A DNA stretch of 64,000 nucleotides from a virus (IMGVR_UViG_3300046507_000426), one strand, 5' to 3'; positions 19,495 through 29,359 are shown, numbered from the stretch's first letter. The notes: generated from the letters alone by a model not told the origin. Translations and numbers: made by a program.

Positions 19495-19756
19495 TTAAAA
19501 CGGGGCCGTAGCCCCGTTGTTCAAACTTCGTCAAGATCCACCTGAGTACGTGCCAATTCACGTAGCCAATGAATTCGTCTATTCGAAACGCAGTAGTTAC
19601 AACCGCCGTGATTGCGGCAGGATCTGTCAAACCCTTTGGAACCTACCCAATCTGGATAAGGTCGACGATTGTCTTTGCGGTTCGGATAAAACTTGTTATC
19701 GAAACTCATGAGAAACTCCATAAATAGAATTACTTCATAGTGTTTCTCCTTTGAGG

Positions 19757-21154
19757 TCAGATTGCTGCGTTGCGACGTACATCGCTAAAAGACTGGTCAC
19801 GAATCAAAACACCATTCGCATATACAGGTTCCAACAGATCTACACGACCCATAGCATTTTCACGACGAATCGTGGTCAACACTCCGTCATTATCTTCGAC
19901 TAGTGCAAGATGTCCGCGCTTGCTGGTCTTGCCACCAGCGATCGGATCCTTGTACACGTCCAGCCATTTACCATCGACACAGACAGACGATGCCTTCATT
20001 GCAAACGAAAGCGTGTCACGGTCAAGCTTTTGATGCAACGCTCCGCCCATGCCGAATGCAACGTTCTCGGCGCTGAATCCAGCCAACTTAAGAGCAGCAA
20101 GAATTTTCTCGATGCTTTCAGGGTTTACACCATCACCTTGAATGACGCGGACCTTGTTCAGGACCTTAAAGCCTTTCGAGTTAACACTGTAACCGAACGC
20201 ATCGGCCAGTAGCCCGACCACCGTAGAAACGACAGATACAGGTTCACCAGAATCTGGACGAACCACAAGAGTACCAGGTTGGGCCAGGACAAAGTCACGA
20301 AGCTCTCCGCCCCAGATATTTTTAACAGCGTTAAAGATATCGTAGCTATCACTGACAACAGCGAATAGGCCTTGGCCGAATTTTTCGCACATATTTCTAT
20401 AAGCGTCAGCTTCGTGCGTACGCCCCCAACTAGTAATAGTGGAATGCTCAGCAGCGGGAATAGAATAACCCAATCCATTGTAGTCAGCTCCGTAAAATTG
20501 ATGTGCATATTCCAGGCCCAACATAGTGTCGGTACCCATGAAATTAATCAGGTGAGCTGCTCCCGCGATTGCCGACGTTTCGGTCGAGCTTGCCCCACGT
20601 GCGCCAAAGTCATGAAGCTTGAAGGGCATTTCGTCGAGCGGCTTATCGCACGTATCGACAAGGTACTTGAAGATGATCTCTTTACAGTGCCTCGAAATTG
20701 AAGCCACCGTAGTACCGAACCACGCTGCACGAAGGATCTGGGTTTCGAAGAACGAACCGATCCAAGGCATTTCTTCGTCAGTAGACATGACATCCACTAA
20801 TATATTCGACATCGGTACTTGCAAGCCTTCCGGGACTGCGCGGATCACCATCGGAGCATGACCACCATGCACTTTTACCAGGCGATCAAATTCTTTCTTA
20901 GCGAAGGGCTCCCCGTGAATAGAATTGACCTTCATTGCGTACTCGACATGCTCAGCGGTGATTGCGTTGAGCAAGTAATCCTTGATGTAACCTTGCAGAC
21001 CAAAGAACGTGGAGTTCTTGATTCCGAACCCGCTGTTGTCCTTGCGTGCTTCTACGTAAGAGTAAAGACCGGTAGTGCCTTTCGGGTATTGGAGAAAATG
21101 TGAATGCTTGTAAGAGTCAGCATTCAGGAGGGGATTGATTTTAAAGTTTGACAT
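19757..21154 (-). CDS. nadV: Nicotinamide phosphoribosyltransferase (NadV/NAMPT)
   Basis: 465 aa; N-terminal NPLLNADSYKHSHF matches the NAMPT signature; size typical. Confidence 0.85.
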   Translation of the reverse strand: MSNFKINPLLNADSYKHSHFLQYPKGTTGLYSYVEARKDNSGFGIKNSTFFGLQGYIKDYLLNAITAEHVEYAMKVNSIHGEPFAKKEFDRLVKVHGGHAPMVIRAVPEGLQVPMSNILVDVMSTDEEMPWIGSFFETQILRAAWFGTTVASISRHCKEIIFKYLVDTCDKPLDEMPFKLHDFGARGASSTETSAIAGAAHLINFMGTDTMLGLEYAHQFYGADYNGLGYSIPAAEHSTITSWGRTHEADAYRNMCEKFGQGLFAVVSDSYDIFNAVKNIWGGELRDFVLAQPGTLVVRPDSGEPVSVVSTVVGLLADAFGYSVNSKGFKVLNKVRVIQGDGVNPESIEKILAALKLAGFSAENVAFGMGGALHQKLDRDTLSFAMKASSVCVDGKWLDVYKDPIAGGKTSKRGHLALVEDNDGVLTTIRRENAMGRVDLLEPVYANGVLIRDQSFSDVRRNAAI

Positions 21155-21206
21155 GATTTTTTAACGCCTCGTTAAATTAAAGTTGCCTACTCTTTGTAGG
21201 ACTTGG

Positions 21207-22355
21207 TTAAATACCGACCAGCTTGCGAATAATGGAAAGATGATCTTCGTAGATCTTATCTGCCATCTTCAGGATTTCGTCGTACGTGAAGAACTTGGCA
21301 TCTGCTGCGTCGTCTCCAGCTTTGATCTTGGGGATTCCAGCTTTCTTATCCGCCCGGTCAAGATCAAAGAGAAAAGCATGGGTAAAAGTACGCCCACGCA
21401 GACTGCGATTAGGATGGTCAAAAACAACGCCTTCGCCCATAGAACCAAGCAACAGATTAGGAGGAAGATCAAGGCTAGTTTCTTCTTTGAGTTCACGAAG
21501 CGCCGCATCTTTAAGTCTCTCATTCTGTTCTACGAATCCGCCTGGCAATGCCCATAATCCTTCACCCGGCGCGGCTTTGCGCTTCACAAGGAGAATGTGT
21601 CCAGCCTTCTTCACTACTGCATCTACAGTAACAAACGTAGGTGCATACGGAGCTGCCTTCCAAGCTTCCTTATACTTCTTGACCATCTGATACTCACGAG
21701 ACAGACGGTAGTATTCCGGAGACTTGATGAAGTCTTTCAGAAAGTCGAAAGTGTACGTAGGAACAAGGCTTTTCAACAGATCGATGAATCCTGGCTTTTC
21801 GAAAATGATTTCCCGAATCGACGTAGCGTCAAATCCGAGTTTCACTTCATCTACCGGAACATAGTCATATTGCGGGAACAGATCGAGATAATACGAACTC
21901 TCGTCTTTCTTATTGCCGACAATCGCAACCTTGATAGGTTTACGTTTTTCAACAGGAGTTGAAGCATCGTGCAAAGGGGTGTAGTATGCGATTTTTTCCT
22001 GAACTTGCTTTGCCCAGTCATCGTCGGAATACATATTATCAACCAAAGCTTCGGTATTAAACCGACCTTCGTTGATAGTGCCGATCTCTTCCTGCGTAAG
22101 AGACATAGCAATCATCGTCGCACGTTCATCGTACGTGAAAGGATTCTTGATGGTGCGGGGGGCGTTTGCAGACCCAATCAATACAAGAACACGATCAGCG
22201 ATCAGCATTCCTTTATTGACGAGAATCTGGTGACCAACATGGTAGGGTTCAAAGCGACCCATTACTACTGCAAGATCATATTCTTTGGGTTTACGTTCCG
22301 TAGAAATGATTTCATACTGCTGCACGATTTCGTGCTTAAGGGACATAATTGACAT
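21207..22355 (-). CDS. nadM: Bifunctional NMN adenylyltransferase / Nudix hydrolase (NadM-Nudix)
   Basis: VVMGRFEPYHVGH carries the (H/T)xGH nucleotidyltransferase motif; C-terminal GGFVEQNERLKDAALRELKEETSL is the Nudix box; pairing with nadV as in KVP40-type phages. Confidence 0.8.
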   Translation of the reverse strand: MSIMSLKHEIVQQYEIISTERKPKEYDLAVVMGRFEPYHVGHQILVNKGMLIADRVLVLIGSANAPRTIKNPFTYDERATMIAMSLTQEEIGTINEGRFNTEALVDNMYSDDDWAKQVQEKIAYYTPLHDASTPVEKRKPIKVAIVGNKKDESSYYLDLFPQYDYVPVDEVKLGFDATSIREIIFEKPGFIDLLKSLVPTYTFDFLKDFIKSPEYYRLSREYQMVKKYKEAWKAAPYAPTFVTVDAVVKKAGHILLVKRKAAPGEGLWALPGGFVEQNERLKDAALRELKEETSLDLPPNLLLGSMGEGVVFDHPNRSLRGRTFTHAFLFDLDRADKKAGIPKIKAGDDAADAKFFTYDEILKMADKIYEDHLSIIRKLVGI

Positions 22356-22412
22356 TCGAGCCTCTCGAAGTTAAAGAAAAGCGGCAACTCTCTGTTACCG
22401 CACAAACCTATG

Positions 22413-22892
22413 TTACTCTTTCTTTCCGAATCCGTCAAACAGATTTTTGACATCATCCAAACTGACATGTTTGACTTCAGCAGTCCCTGTCGAATCCTCA
22501 AGACTCTTCAGCGTTACGTCGTTTTCAAGCATGATGTCCGTAAGTTCATACAGTGCCTGTTCCAGAGCGGCAATTGCACTGGTCTTTTTGGATTCGTACT
22601 TTTGCAGTTCGAAGCCTTTCCACATCACTTCGTTAAGTTCCAGTTCACGAGCTTCCATGAACGGTTTGGTTGCCTGGAAACGATTCCACTGCTTGAGGAC
22701 CATCTCTCTGGTTCTCTTAACGTCGACAAGCGTTTCGTTGATACCAGCACGGATATCATTGAGACTCTCTTCGAGGGAAAGATGCGCGGGAGCACCGAGA
22801 TGAACCAGTTTGCCATCTTCCGTACGTTCCAGGACCAATGCCAAAGCTTCGATCTGGATGAGGGTGTAACGACCGTTATCTGCTTGATACAT
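22413..22892 (-). CDS. Hypothetical protein (159 aa)
   Basis: ORF. Confidence 0.4.
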   Translation of the reverse strand: MYQADNGRYTLIQIEALALVLERTEDGKLVHLGAPAHLSLEESLNDIRAGINETLVDVKRTREMVLKQWNRFQATKPFMEARELELNEVMWKGFELQKYESKKTSAIAALEQALYELTDIMLENDVTLKSLEDSTGTAEVKHVSLDDVKNLFDGFGKKE

Positions 22893-22948
22893 TTAAGTCT
22901 CCTAGACTAAAAAGAAAGTGTCAAGGAAGTAATTTCCCCGACACTTTG

Positions 22949-22957
22949 CTTATACCA
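22949..22957 (-). promoter_or_regulatory. TTGGTATAAG-type promoter (variant ATGGTATAAG)
   Basis: Plus cttatacca in intergenic region. Confidence 0.4.
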
Positions 22958-22973
22958 TAATACCTAAATTTGT

Positions 22974-24371
22974 TTAACTCTTCTTGGTGATGTCTTGCTC
23001 ACCACGACGTACAGTCCAGTTATCTTCATCCCTGTCGTAGTACATAGGAATACCAAAGTCTTCCAACACTCTTGCCATTTTCTGGGCAACCGGGCGAAGC
23101 GTAGCATGTACCGTTTTGCTGGAACGCAGCTCAGCCACGTATACAGACTGCCTGATGTCATACTTCAACACGACCGGAACCACGTTACCCATAGGAAGAA
23201 TGTACTGAGCTTGAGCCCGGGCATTAACGTCAGTGCCATCTGGAACAAGCAGAGCGTAGGTTTCTTCGATTGCATTCAGAAGGATATACGCTTCCTTGCG
23301 TAGATCTTCCGTGAGGTTGTCGTAGTACCAGGGATGCACGCCGAATTCATCTGTCACCATAGGCATGCTGCAATAGCCATTACGATGACGTTGAATATCT
23401 CTGAACGATCCGAAGTCCAGAGTCGCCGAAACATAGACATCCTGCTTACTGAACAAAGAATGCTTATGCAGCTTGCTACGTTTTGTTCGATTGACAAAAC
23501 CGTCCGACAACCGCGCCAGGCCATGAGTCTCTTCATCCAGTTCGACCTCGATCAAAAGATCCTCTGAGCGGCACAACTTGCGACCTTTTTCCGGAACCCA
23601 GATTTGGGTGTAGAAATTATCCATCTCGCTTTCGAAGGCGTACTTCTCAGCCCCTTCGATTTCCGGCAAAGCGCCGTCGACGTTAATGCTGTCGATAAAC
23701 CCAGCGTGATCGAATCTGAACGAGTTGGGGTACTTGGTCCACAACATCCGATACGCTTCCACCGCAAGCTCTTTTACTTCTTTCAGCGGATGATGCATCA
23801 TCCAGGTGAGGTGCTCACCAGCGTTGCTAAATCGGAATGTCCAAGCCACATTGGTAGTAGCACCTGTAGGCAGAAAGCCACGGAGAATATCAAAAGCACG
23901 AGCAGCAATAGCTTTCTCGTAGACAGCCTCTTTGTCTCCTTCCTGGATGGGGAATCGTTCACGCAGGGCAACCTTCAAAGGTTCCATTGAAGACGTATAG
24001 AATGCCCGATAATGAGCGTAGAGATCCTCAATGGCCTTGAGTTCCGCTAACGTACGTCCGTTATTATAGAAATGAGCAGTACTGAAATCGATGTATCGAG
24101 AACTGCACTCCTGTCCGACGAAAAGAGGGTTGTCCTCGATTGCCTTTGCAGCCAGCATCGAGATACCCTCGAAGTAAAGGGTATCACCTCCGCAGTCCCC
24201 AATGGACGCGTGGCCATAGCCCAGGTAATACTGAGACATAAACTTCCCCGACCCAGTCTCCTTGATTTTCTCAAGGTGGGTCGTGACACTCTCTGCGCTG
24301 CGGGAGTACAACGCCTGTAGCATTGCGTTGTCTTCCGCATTATCGCAGGTATGAAGGATTATTTTGGTCAT
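22974..24371 (-). CDS. ThyX-like (flavin-dependent thymidylate synthase family) protein, enlarged/double-domain
   Basis: 465 aa; GYGHASIGDCGG...YFEGIS resembles the ThyX GH(F)SVLEH...GIS block, SSRY resembles SQRY, ARAFDILRGFLP resembles the RxxAR..LP block; RHR present only later (IQRHRNGYCS); from memory, non-canonical. Confidence 0.4.
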   Translation of the reverse strand: MTKIILHTCDNAEDNAMLQALYSRSAESVTTHLEKIKETGSGKFMSQYYLGYGHASIGDCGGDTLYFEGISMLAAKAIEDNPLFVGQECSSRYIDFSTAHFYNNGRTLAELKAIEDLYAHYRAFYTSSMEPLKVALRERFPIQEGDKEAVYEKAIAARAFDILRGFLPTGATTNVAWTFRFSNAGEHLTWMMHHPLKEVKELAVEAYRMLWTKYPNSFRFDHAGFIDSINVDGALPEIEGAEKYAFESEMDNFYTQIWVPEKGRKLCRSEDLLIEVELDEETHGLARLSDGFVNRTKRSKLHKHSLFSKQDVYVSATLDFGSFRDIQRHRNGYCSMPMVTDEFGVHPWYYDNLTEDLRKEAYILLNAIEETYALLVPDGTDVNARAQAQYILPMGNVVPVVLKYDIRQSVYVAELRSSKTVHATLRPVAQKMARVLEDFGIPMYYDRDEDNWTVRRGEQDITKKS

Positions 24372-24595
24372 TATGGTATGGCTGGTATTAAGGCACTGGT
24401 ATGCTTGTGCCGGGGTTTGGATTGGGCTATTGGACTACTCGTTACATGCCAAGCATCGCACTCTTCGCAATAATACGCTTTGAACTGGCTCTTTTCTGTC
24501 CCGTCTTTAGGCTTACTGTTTCTTAGTGAACGTGACATTCTAACAGCATTGTTCTTTGCGTCGATCGATGTCTCTTTCTTCAGTTTGCAGCTCAT
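24371..24595 (-). CDS. Small Zn-finger protein (74 aa)
   Basis: CEECDAWH motif. Confidence 0.35.
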   Translation of the reverse strand: MSCKLKKETSIDAKNNAVRMSRSLRNSKPKDGTEKSQFKAYYCEECDAWHVTSSPIAQSKPRHKHTSALIPAIP

Positions 24596-24672
24596 GGTTA
24601 CCTCTTTGACTTGTAAGTAGGAGTGAGAGTCGCCTCTGTTATAGGTATAGTGTCCAACTTATTTCCATTATT

Positions 24673-24681
24673 CTTATACCA
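24673..24681 (-). promoter_or_regulatory. TTGGTATAAG promoter
   Basis: Plus cttatacca. Confidence 0.45.
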
Positions 24682-24768
24682 AATAACATCTTGGACAATC
24701 AAAAAAAAGGTGCTCAGAAATCGAGCACCAAAAGGAGGGAACCACGAACAGCTACAACTCCAGCAAAA

Positions 24769-25014
24769 TCAGTTCAACGTGACCGAACTTCCGAAGGGGC
24801 ATTCTCCCTTAGGGCACGCCCGATATTCTGTGCTACGAACTTCGTGTCCGCATTGACCGCACACAGCGATAATCGGATTGGGATCCCGGAACGGAACACG
24901 TTCTTTCTTGGGAATCAGAGGAACGCCGAGACGATTGGCCTTCTGTGCGAACGTTTCTTCTTTACCCGCAATGCCGAGATCGGCGAACTTCAGCTCTTTA
25001 ACTTGCTTGTTCAT
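24769..25014 (-). CDS. Small Zn-ribbon protein (81 aa)
   Basis: CGQCGH...C..C. Confidence 0.35.
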   Translation of the reverse strand: MNKQVKELKFADLGIAGKEETFAQKANRLGVPLIPKKERVPFRDPNPIIAVCGQCGHEVRSTEYRACPKGECPFGSSVTLN

Positions 25015-25309
25015 TCCAACTCTTCCTTTAACTCGTTGTCAAGCTTACGCTTATACGTTCGTTTGTCTTTACGGTTCTTATGTTCTCCACCGCCCTTAGC
25101 TTTGGAGACAAGAACCTCGTTCAAACCTTCTCGTCGGGGAGGTCTAATTCGTTGTCGCTGAGACGCCATGCAAGAAAGAATCCTTTGCGTAATACGCGGG
25201 GCTCGGCTGTGTTGCACACGAGGCCATCGTCATCATTGTTACTACGAACAGGAAGATCGCTCTGAGTTTCATGATTGGTTTCCAAAAGAATACTCCTAGA
25301 AAAGACTTA

Positions 25310-25385
25310 GGTCCCGCCTGAGGAACTCGAATCCCCAACAGACGGAGTAGAAATCCGTTATTCTATCCAATTGAATTAAGGCGGG
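25310..25385 (-). tRNA. tRNA-Arg (anticodon TCT)
   Basis: Minus strand: acceptor CCCGCCT/AGGCGGG, D-stem ATTC/GAAT, anticodon arm ACGGA-TTTCTAC-TCCGT, T-arm GGGGA-TTCGAGT-TCCTC. Confidence 0.7.
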
Positions 25386-25389
25386 CCTA

Positions 25390-25584
25390 AAACTTCTCTG
25401 GTGGACCTGACGAGATTCTCACTCGCAGATACGACTCCGCGTATGCCAGATTACGTGAGTTCGGCTCACTATGGCTCAGGCCCATTGGGATATTGTTGGA
25501 GCGGGTTGCGAGCAATGATCTCGCCTCGTCGGTTTGGAAAACCGCTGCACATCCATCTATACCAAACCCGCATTGTAAAACTTG
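25390..25584 (-). ncRNA. Promoter-proximal structured leader / possible small RNA upstream of tRNA-Arg
   Basis: TTGGTATAG promoter-like motif (plus ctataccaa, about 25552-25560); hairpins GCGAG-atcattg-CTCGC; box GTTCGGCTCACTATGG shared with the 9.7-10.4 kb ncRNA units. Confidence 0.3.
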
Positions 25585-25995
25585 TTAGCGCATTGCGCCT
25601 GCGGCGAACGACTTGTACGTCGTAGCCATTACGTCGAACTGACCGGTCCAGGTCCATTCGTTCTGAACGTATTGCTTGAACAGCGTGTTGTCCAGAGTGA
25701 TCTTGTCGTCTTCCGACCATTCCAGCATCTGGATCGCTTCTTCGTATTCCTTCTCGTAGCTGCGAGGAGGAACGTTCTGAACCGAAATCTTCGTAAGCTC
25801 ATTGTGCGACGAGCCGTCGAAATTTGCGAGGGCGTTTTCCAGATCCTGCTTCAGCTTGATGCGATAGCCGGTCTTGGCTTCCGCATAATCCTTCAGGTGA
25901 ATTTCGAGATTTTCTTTAAGCTTTGCAATCAGCTTAACTCGGTCGACGCTAACCGAACGTTCACGGGAGGTCATCATATCGTTGTAATCCATCAA
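25585..25995 (-). CDS. Hypothetical protein (136 aa)
   Basis: ORF. Confidence 0.4.
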   Translation of the reverse strand: MMDYNDMMTSRERSVSVDRVKLIAKLKENLEIHLKDYAEAKTGYRIKLKQDLENALANFDGSSHNELTKISVQNVPPRSYEKEYEEAIQMLEWSEDDKITLDNTLFKQYVQNEWTWTGQFDVMATTYKSFAAGAMR

Positions 25996-26231
25996 TCTAC
26001 TGCGTTGTTGTTCCAGGTCCGTGCTTTGCCGGTGTTGATAATCTTTGGCGCTGCTTTCACGACCTCGGGCTCGGGTTTGACGTAAATCTTGAACTGCGCA
26101 CCGGCAGGAATATCTTCCGCCGAATTGAAAGTCACCACTTCATTACCGATTACGACTTGCAGCGGAAACTCGTGTTTCACTACTGGCAGAACGTGTTCGT
26201 CCATGATTACTCCTGTTGTTAATATTGGCAA
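25992..26231 (-). CDS. Hypothetical protein (79 aa)
   Basis: ORF. Confidence 0.35.
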   Translation of the reverse strand: MPILTTGVIMDEHVLPVVKHEFPLQVVIGNEVVTFNSAEDIPAGAQFKIYVKPEPEVVKAAPKIINTGKARTWNNNAVD

Positions 26232-26300
26232 GTCAGTACGGATTCGAACCGCAATCCCGAGAATTTGGAGTTCTGGATTTTACCGTTAAACTACTGACTT
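26226..26300 (-). tRNA. tRNA (anticodon loop CTCCAAA, probably CCA = Trp)
   Basis: Acceptor AAGTCAG/CTGACTT, T-arm TGCGG-TTCGAAT-CCGTA, CCA encoded; anticodon stem imperfect. Confidence 0.55.
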
Positions 26301-26478
26301 ATTATGTGGTAGGGCTACAGGGTACTGACCCCTATTCTACGGATTAAAAGTCCGTTGCTTCACCTTAAAGCTTTAACCCCACAAATGAAAGCTAGTATAC
26401 ATTGCTTTGAGAAGACCCACAAGGAGTCTTTCCAAAACAAGCTAGGCTCCTTGTGAGAGCCCAGCCGTTTACTTACGC

Positions 26479-27258
26479 TTAACGCGTTTGACGCAGCGAC
26501 GGAACTGCCGGTGCAACCGACTTTACCTGACCCGGCTCGTCGTCGAGACCACCCATCATCATGATCATCGGCAGCATGCCTGCCAGGCCACCCGCTTGAC
26601 CTTGAGCACCACCCAGACCGCCCGTCATCATCAGCAGCGGAAGCATGTCCTTCATGTTGCCGCCCTTCAGGCCACCCGACATCATCATCATTGGCAGGAT
26701 GCCTTGCAGATTCAGGCCCGTACCACCTTGACCCGTCTGGCCTTGCATCAGCATCAGCGGCAGAATCTTGTCGAGATTCACGCCGGAATCGTCGCCCATC
26801 ATCAGCAGCGGAAGCAGATTGCTTTGCAGACCCGAAGCGCCGTCTTGACCGAGCAGGCCCGTCAGGCTCTTGACGACCATGTAGCCGTTCGTGCCGAAGA
26901 TTTGCGTCTTGACCGCCGAGTAGTTCGTGATCTGACCATCCTTCTTCAGAATCTGCAACGAAGCCGCGTTCTTCTTCACGACCCAGCCGAGAATGTCGTT
27001 CGCACCGACGATGATGTCGCCGAGTTCGATTTCCGCGTTGGGCGTATTCACAGCGTATGCCGGAATGCTGAAGCCGAACACGTCGAGCGGATTGAGCGAA
27101 ACGTTGTGAACCAGACTCGTACCTTCGCCCGACGATTCCAGCGTGTAGATACCGTCCAGGCCCTGGATACCGAGCTTACCGCTGGACAGGTCCCACACGA
27201 GGGTTTCGACTTTGCGGATCAGCTTCTTGATACCTTGACCGTTGAACAGGTTTTGCAT
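26479..27258 (-). CDS. Protein with C-terminal Met/Gly-rich tandem repeats (LP(L/M)(L/M)MMxGGL)
   Basis: 259 aa; repeats LLPLLMMGDDSG, ILPLMLMQGQTGQGG, ILPMMMMSGGLKGG, MLPLLMMTGGLGG, MLPMIMMMGGLDD. Confidence 0.5.
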   Translation of the reverse strand: MQNLFNGQGIKKLIRKVETLVWDLSSGKLGIQGLDGIYTLESSGEGTSLVHNVSLNPLDVFGFSIPAYAVNTPNAEIELGDIIVGANDILGWVVKKNAASLQILKKDGQITNYSAVKTQIFGTNGYMVVKSLTGLLGQDGASGLQSNLLPLLMMGDDSGVNLDKILPLMLMQGQTGQGGTGLNLQGILPMMMMSGGLKGGNMKDMLPLLMMTGGLGGAQGQAGGLAGMLPMIMMMGGLDDEPGQVKSVAPAVPSLRQTR

Positions 27259-27639
27259 TTTGTTATTCCTTGAAACAGGTTGGTTGATTCTTCGAAAAGG
27301 GAAAAGTTAACAACAGTACTACGGGTGCAGGAGCCTCTTGGATCAAGTCCGTACAATTAGGCCCCTGCCTCAAACCATGTCATCTAGTGATCTAAGTCTG
27401 AGTTCCACACTTTTAGTCAAGTCGAGCTTACCCCAAGTGTAGTGATGGGTGAACCGGCAACGCTACGGCAGTGAACGCCTAATAGATGATTCCTAGTAGT
27501 TACAGGCTTACCGTGTAATCAGACTCCCGCCCGAATACACACGACCGCACCTGTAAGACAGCCATAAGCGTAGCGGAGCCGGCAAACCTTGCAGTTCACA
27601 GACCCCGACCCTGAGTTGCGCAGGGTTCTACCTAGCGGC

Positions 27640-28053
27640 TTACTTCGATTCCGGCTTCTTGTCCCAGCCTTCCGGCAGCTTGGACTCGTCGATTTTCAGC
27701 AGATCCTTGTTTTCGACACTGCGTTCGTACACCATGCCGACAAGAATACCGAGCGGAACGAAGTTGTTCGTTGCCAGGCCGTACGCTTTGGCTTTATTGA
27801 TTTCAGAAATACGACTTTTGGAAGATGCTTCCTGACGACGAGCCGCCTGAATCATTTTGACGCGATCTTCGATGGCACAATTGGCCTCGTTCAGAAGCTT
27901 CATCACTTCCTGTGCAGCCGATTGTGCAGCTTCCTTCTTCTGCTTCGTTTGCAGCTCTTCGAGAGCGTCTTTCAGGTCGATGCTCAGACCGCCGAAGTCT
28001 TCGACTTCCTTGCTGAATTGCGAATCCGCCAAACGAATGATAGCGTTGCTCAT
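27640..28053 (-). CDS. Hypothetical protein (137 aa)
   Basis: ORF. Confidence 0.4.
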   Translation of the reverse strand: MSNAIIRLADSQFSKEVEDFGGLSIDLKDALEELQTKQKKEAAQSAAQEVMKLLNEANCAIEDRVKMIQAARRQEASSKSRISEINKAKAYGLATNNFVPLGILVGMVYERSVENKDLLKIDESKLPEGWDKKPESK

Positions 28054-28075
28054 GTTGCTGGTTTCCTTTTTTTGA

Positions 28076-28600
28076 CTACTTGGTTGTGTTTAACTGCTCA
28101 TGCACTTCTCGATGACAATTTGAACAAAGCAAATCACATTTATCTAATTCTCTCTTCAAAATATCATCTAATTTTCTATACCATTGTTTGGCAATTCCAA
28201 AATCTTTCTCTTTAGGATCTCTGTGGTGAAACTCTAAGGCAGCATGAGATTTATTGTATCCACACAGTTGGCATTTACCGCCTTTATATTCAACTGCCGA
28301 ACTTTTAGTATTTACTCTTATTTCCTTTAAGTGATTTGAAATACAACTTTTACACGAAGTTCTATATCGTTCTGTATTTTTTATTTTTTGAAATTCCGTA
28401 ATAGGAAATTCAAGTTTGCAAGTAGAGCATCTTCTCCAATCAGGTTTCCCTTCAACTTTTAAATATGAAAAAGTCGATGTTTTAAGATCGTGTTTATAAA
28501 GATGGTATCTGATACTAGATTGGCTAACTCCAAAATGGGCCGCGATTTTTCTAGTTGACCATCCTTCTTTAGTCATCTGTTCAAGTTCTTGTTTTGTCAT
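28076..28600 (-). CDS. HNH homing endonuclease (HTH plus Zn-ribbon plus HNH)
   Basis: LEFHHRDPKEKDF...CDLLCSNCHREVH; paralogue of 38183..38728. Confidence 0.7.
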   Translation of the reverse strand: MTKQELEQMTKEGWSTRKIAAHFGVSQSSIRYHLYKHDLKTSTFSYLKVEGKPDWRRCSTCKLEFPITEFQKIKNTERYRTSCKSCISNHLKEIRVNTKSSAVEYKGGKCQLCGYNKSHAALEFHHRDPKEKDFGIAKQWYRKLDDILKRELDKCDLLCSNCHREVHEQLNTTK

Positions 28601-28968
28601 TATTAACTCATTAAGCTTTTTAATTATTTTAGCTTACTGAGTTAGACATTTCAAGCGTTGAGTTCCTCTAAATGCTTCGCTAGTGTTAATTCACCTGTCT
28701 CTCGACCTTTCGATCAAGTACTCACATTTCATTCCGTTATCCAGAATGGAAGGTCCACAGTAGCCCTTCAATAGGAAACCCGTACTGGACTACGGGGGTT
28801 CTGCGTTTTATTTTCGGTGGTCCAAACACCTAGTCGGGTAACGTTCCGACGCGTTTATCCTAAACCCCGGCACGACGTGCAGGATTAGGGGATGCCTTCG
28901 TATCAGAGTAGGCTACTGTAAAACACACCTTCTCGCAAAGTGTGAACTCAACGCAGACGGTTGAGGTG

Positions 28969-29247
28969 TTACTTACCCTTCACGGCAGAAGCGCCGCTAG
29001 CAGGCTTTGCTGCAGAAACATGACCGACCGGCACGATAACCGGGGTCTTGGCTACGGGAGCCTTTGCGACGGGTGCCTCGTGAGCAACCGGAGCAGTGTG
29101 GGCTTCAACAACTGCGGTGTGAACCGAAGGTGCCGAGTGAGCTGAAACGGAAACATGACCAGCAGAAGCGTGGCCACCGGAAACGCCATAAGCCATAGCG
29201 GACGTTGCGATAACCATTGCAGCAGCAGCGAGCATCAGTTTTTTCAT
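28969..29247 (-). CDS. Secreted His/Ala/Val-rich small protein
   Basis: Signal peptide MKKLMLAAAAMVIATSAMA; mature part HASAGHVSVSAHSAPSVHTAVVEAHTAPVAHEAPVAKAPVAK repeats. Confidence 0.45.
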   Translation of the reverse strand: MKKLMLAAAAMVIATSAMAYGVSGGHASAGHVSVSAHSAPSVHTAVVEAHTAPVAHEAPVAKAPVAKTPVIVPVGHVSAAKPASGASAVKGK

Positions 29248-29331
29248 TCTTACTTCTTCTTGTTAAATTTGAAAAGGGAAAAAAGGAAGAACCATAATAA
29301 ACTATAGTGCTTCCTAATTAACTTATACCAA

Positions 29332-29340
29332 GTCGTACGT
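29332..29340 (-). promoter_or_regulatory. TTGGTATAAG promoter
   Basis: Plus cttatacca upstream of 28969..29247. Confidence 0.45.
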
Positions 29341-29359
29341 ACGTAATTGAATTACAGGC

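Noticed and set aside
25011-25338. Overlapping small ORFs 25011..25217 and 25144..25338
   Set aside because: They overlap by 74 nt in different frames and 25144..25338 also overlaps tRNA-Arg (25310-25385); at most a trimmed lipoprotein-like 43-aa ORF (25144..25272) may be real; too uncertain to list
26488-27273. 261-aa plus-strand His/Gln/Arg-rich ORF
   Set aside because: Antisense shadow of the Met-rich repeat protein gene; low-complexity composition mirrors the complement of the Met/Gly codons
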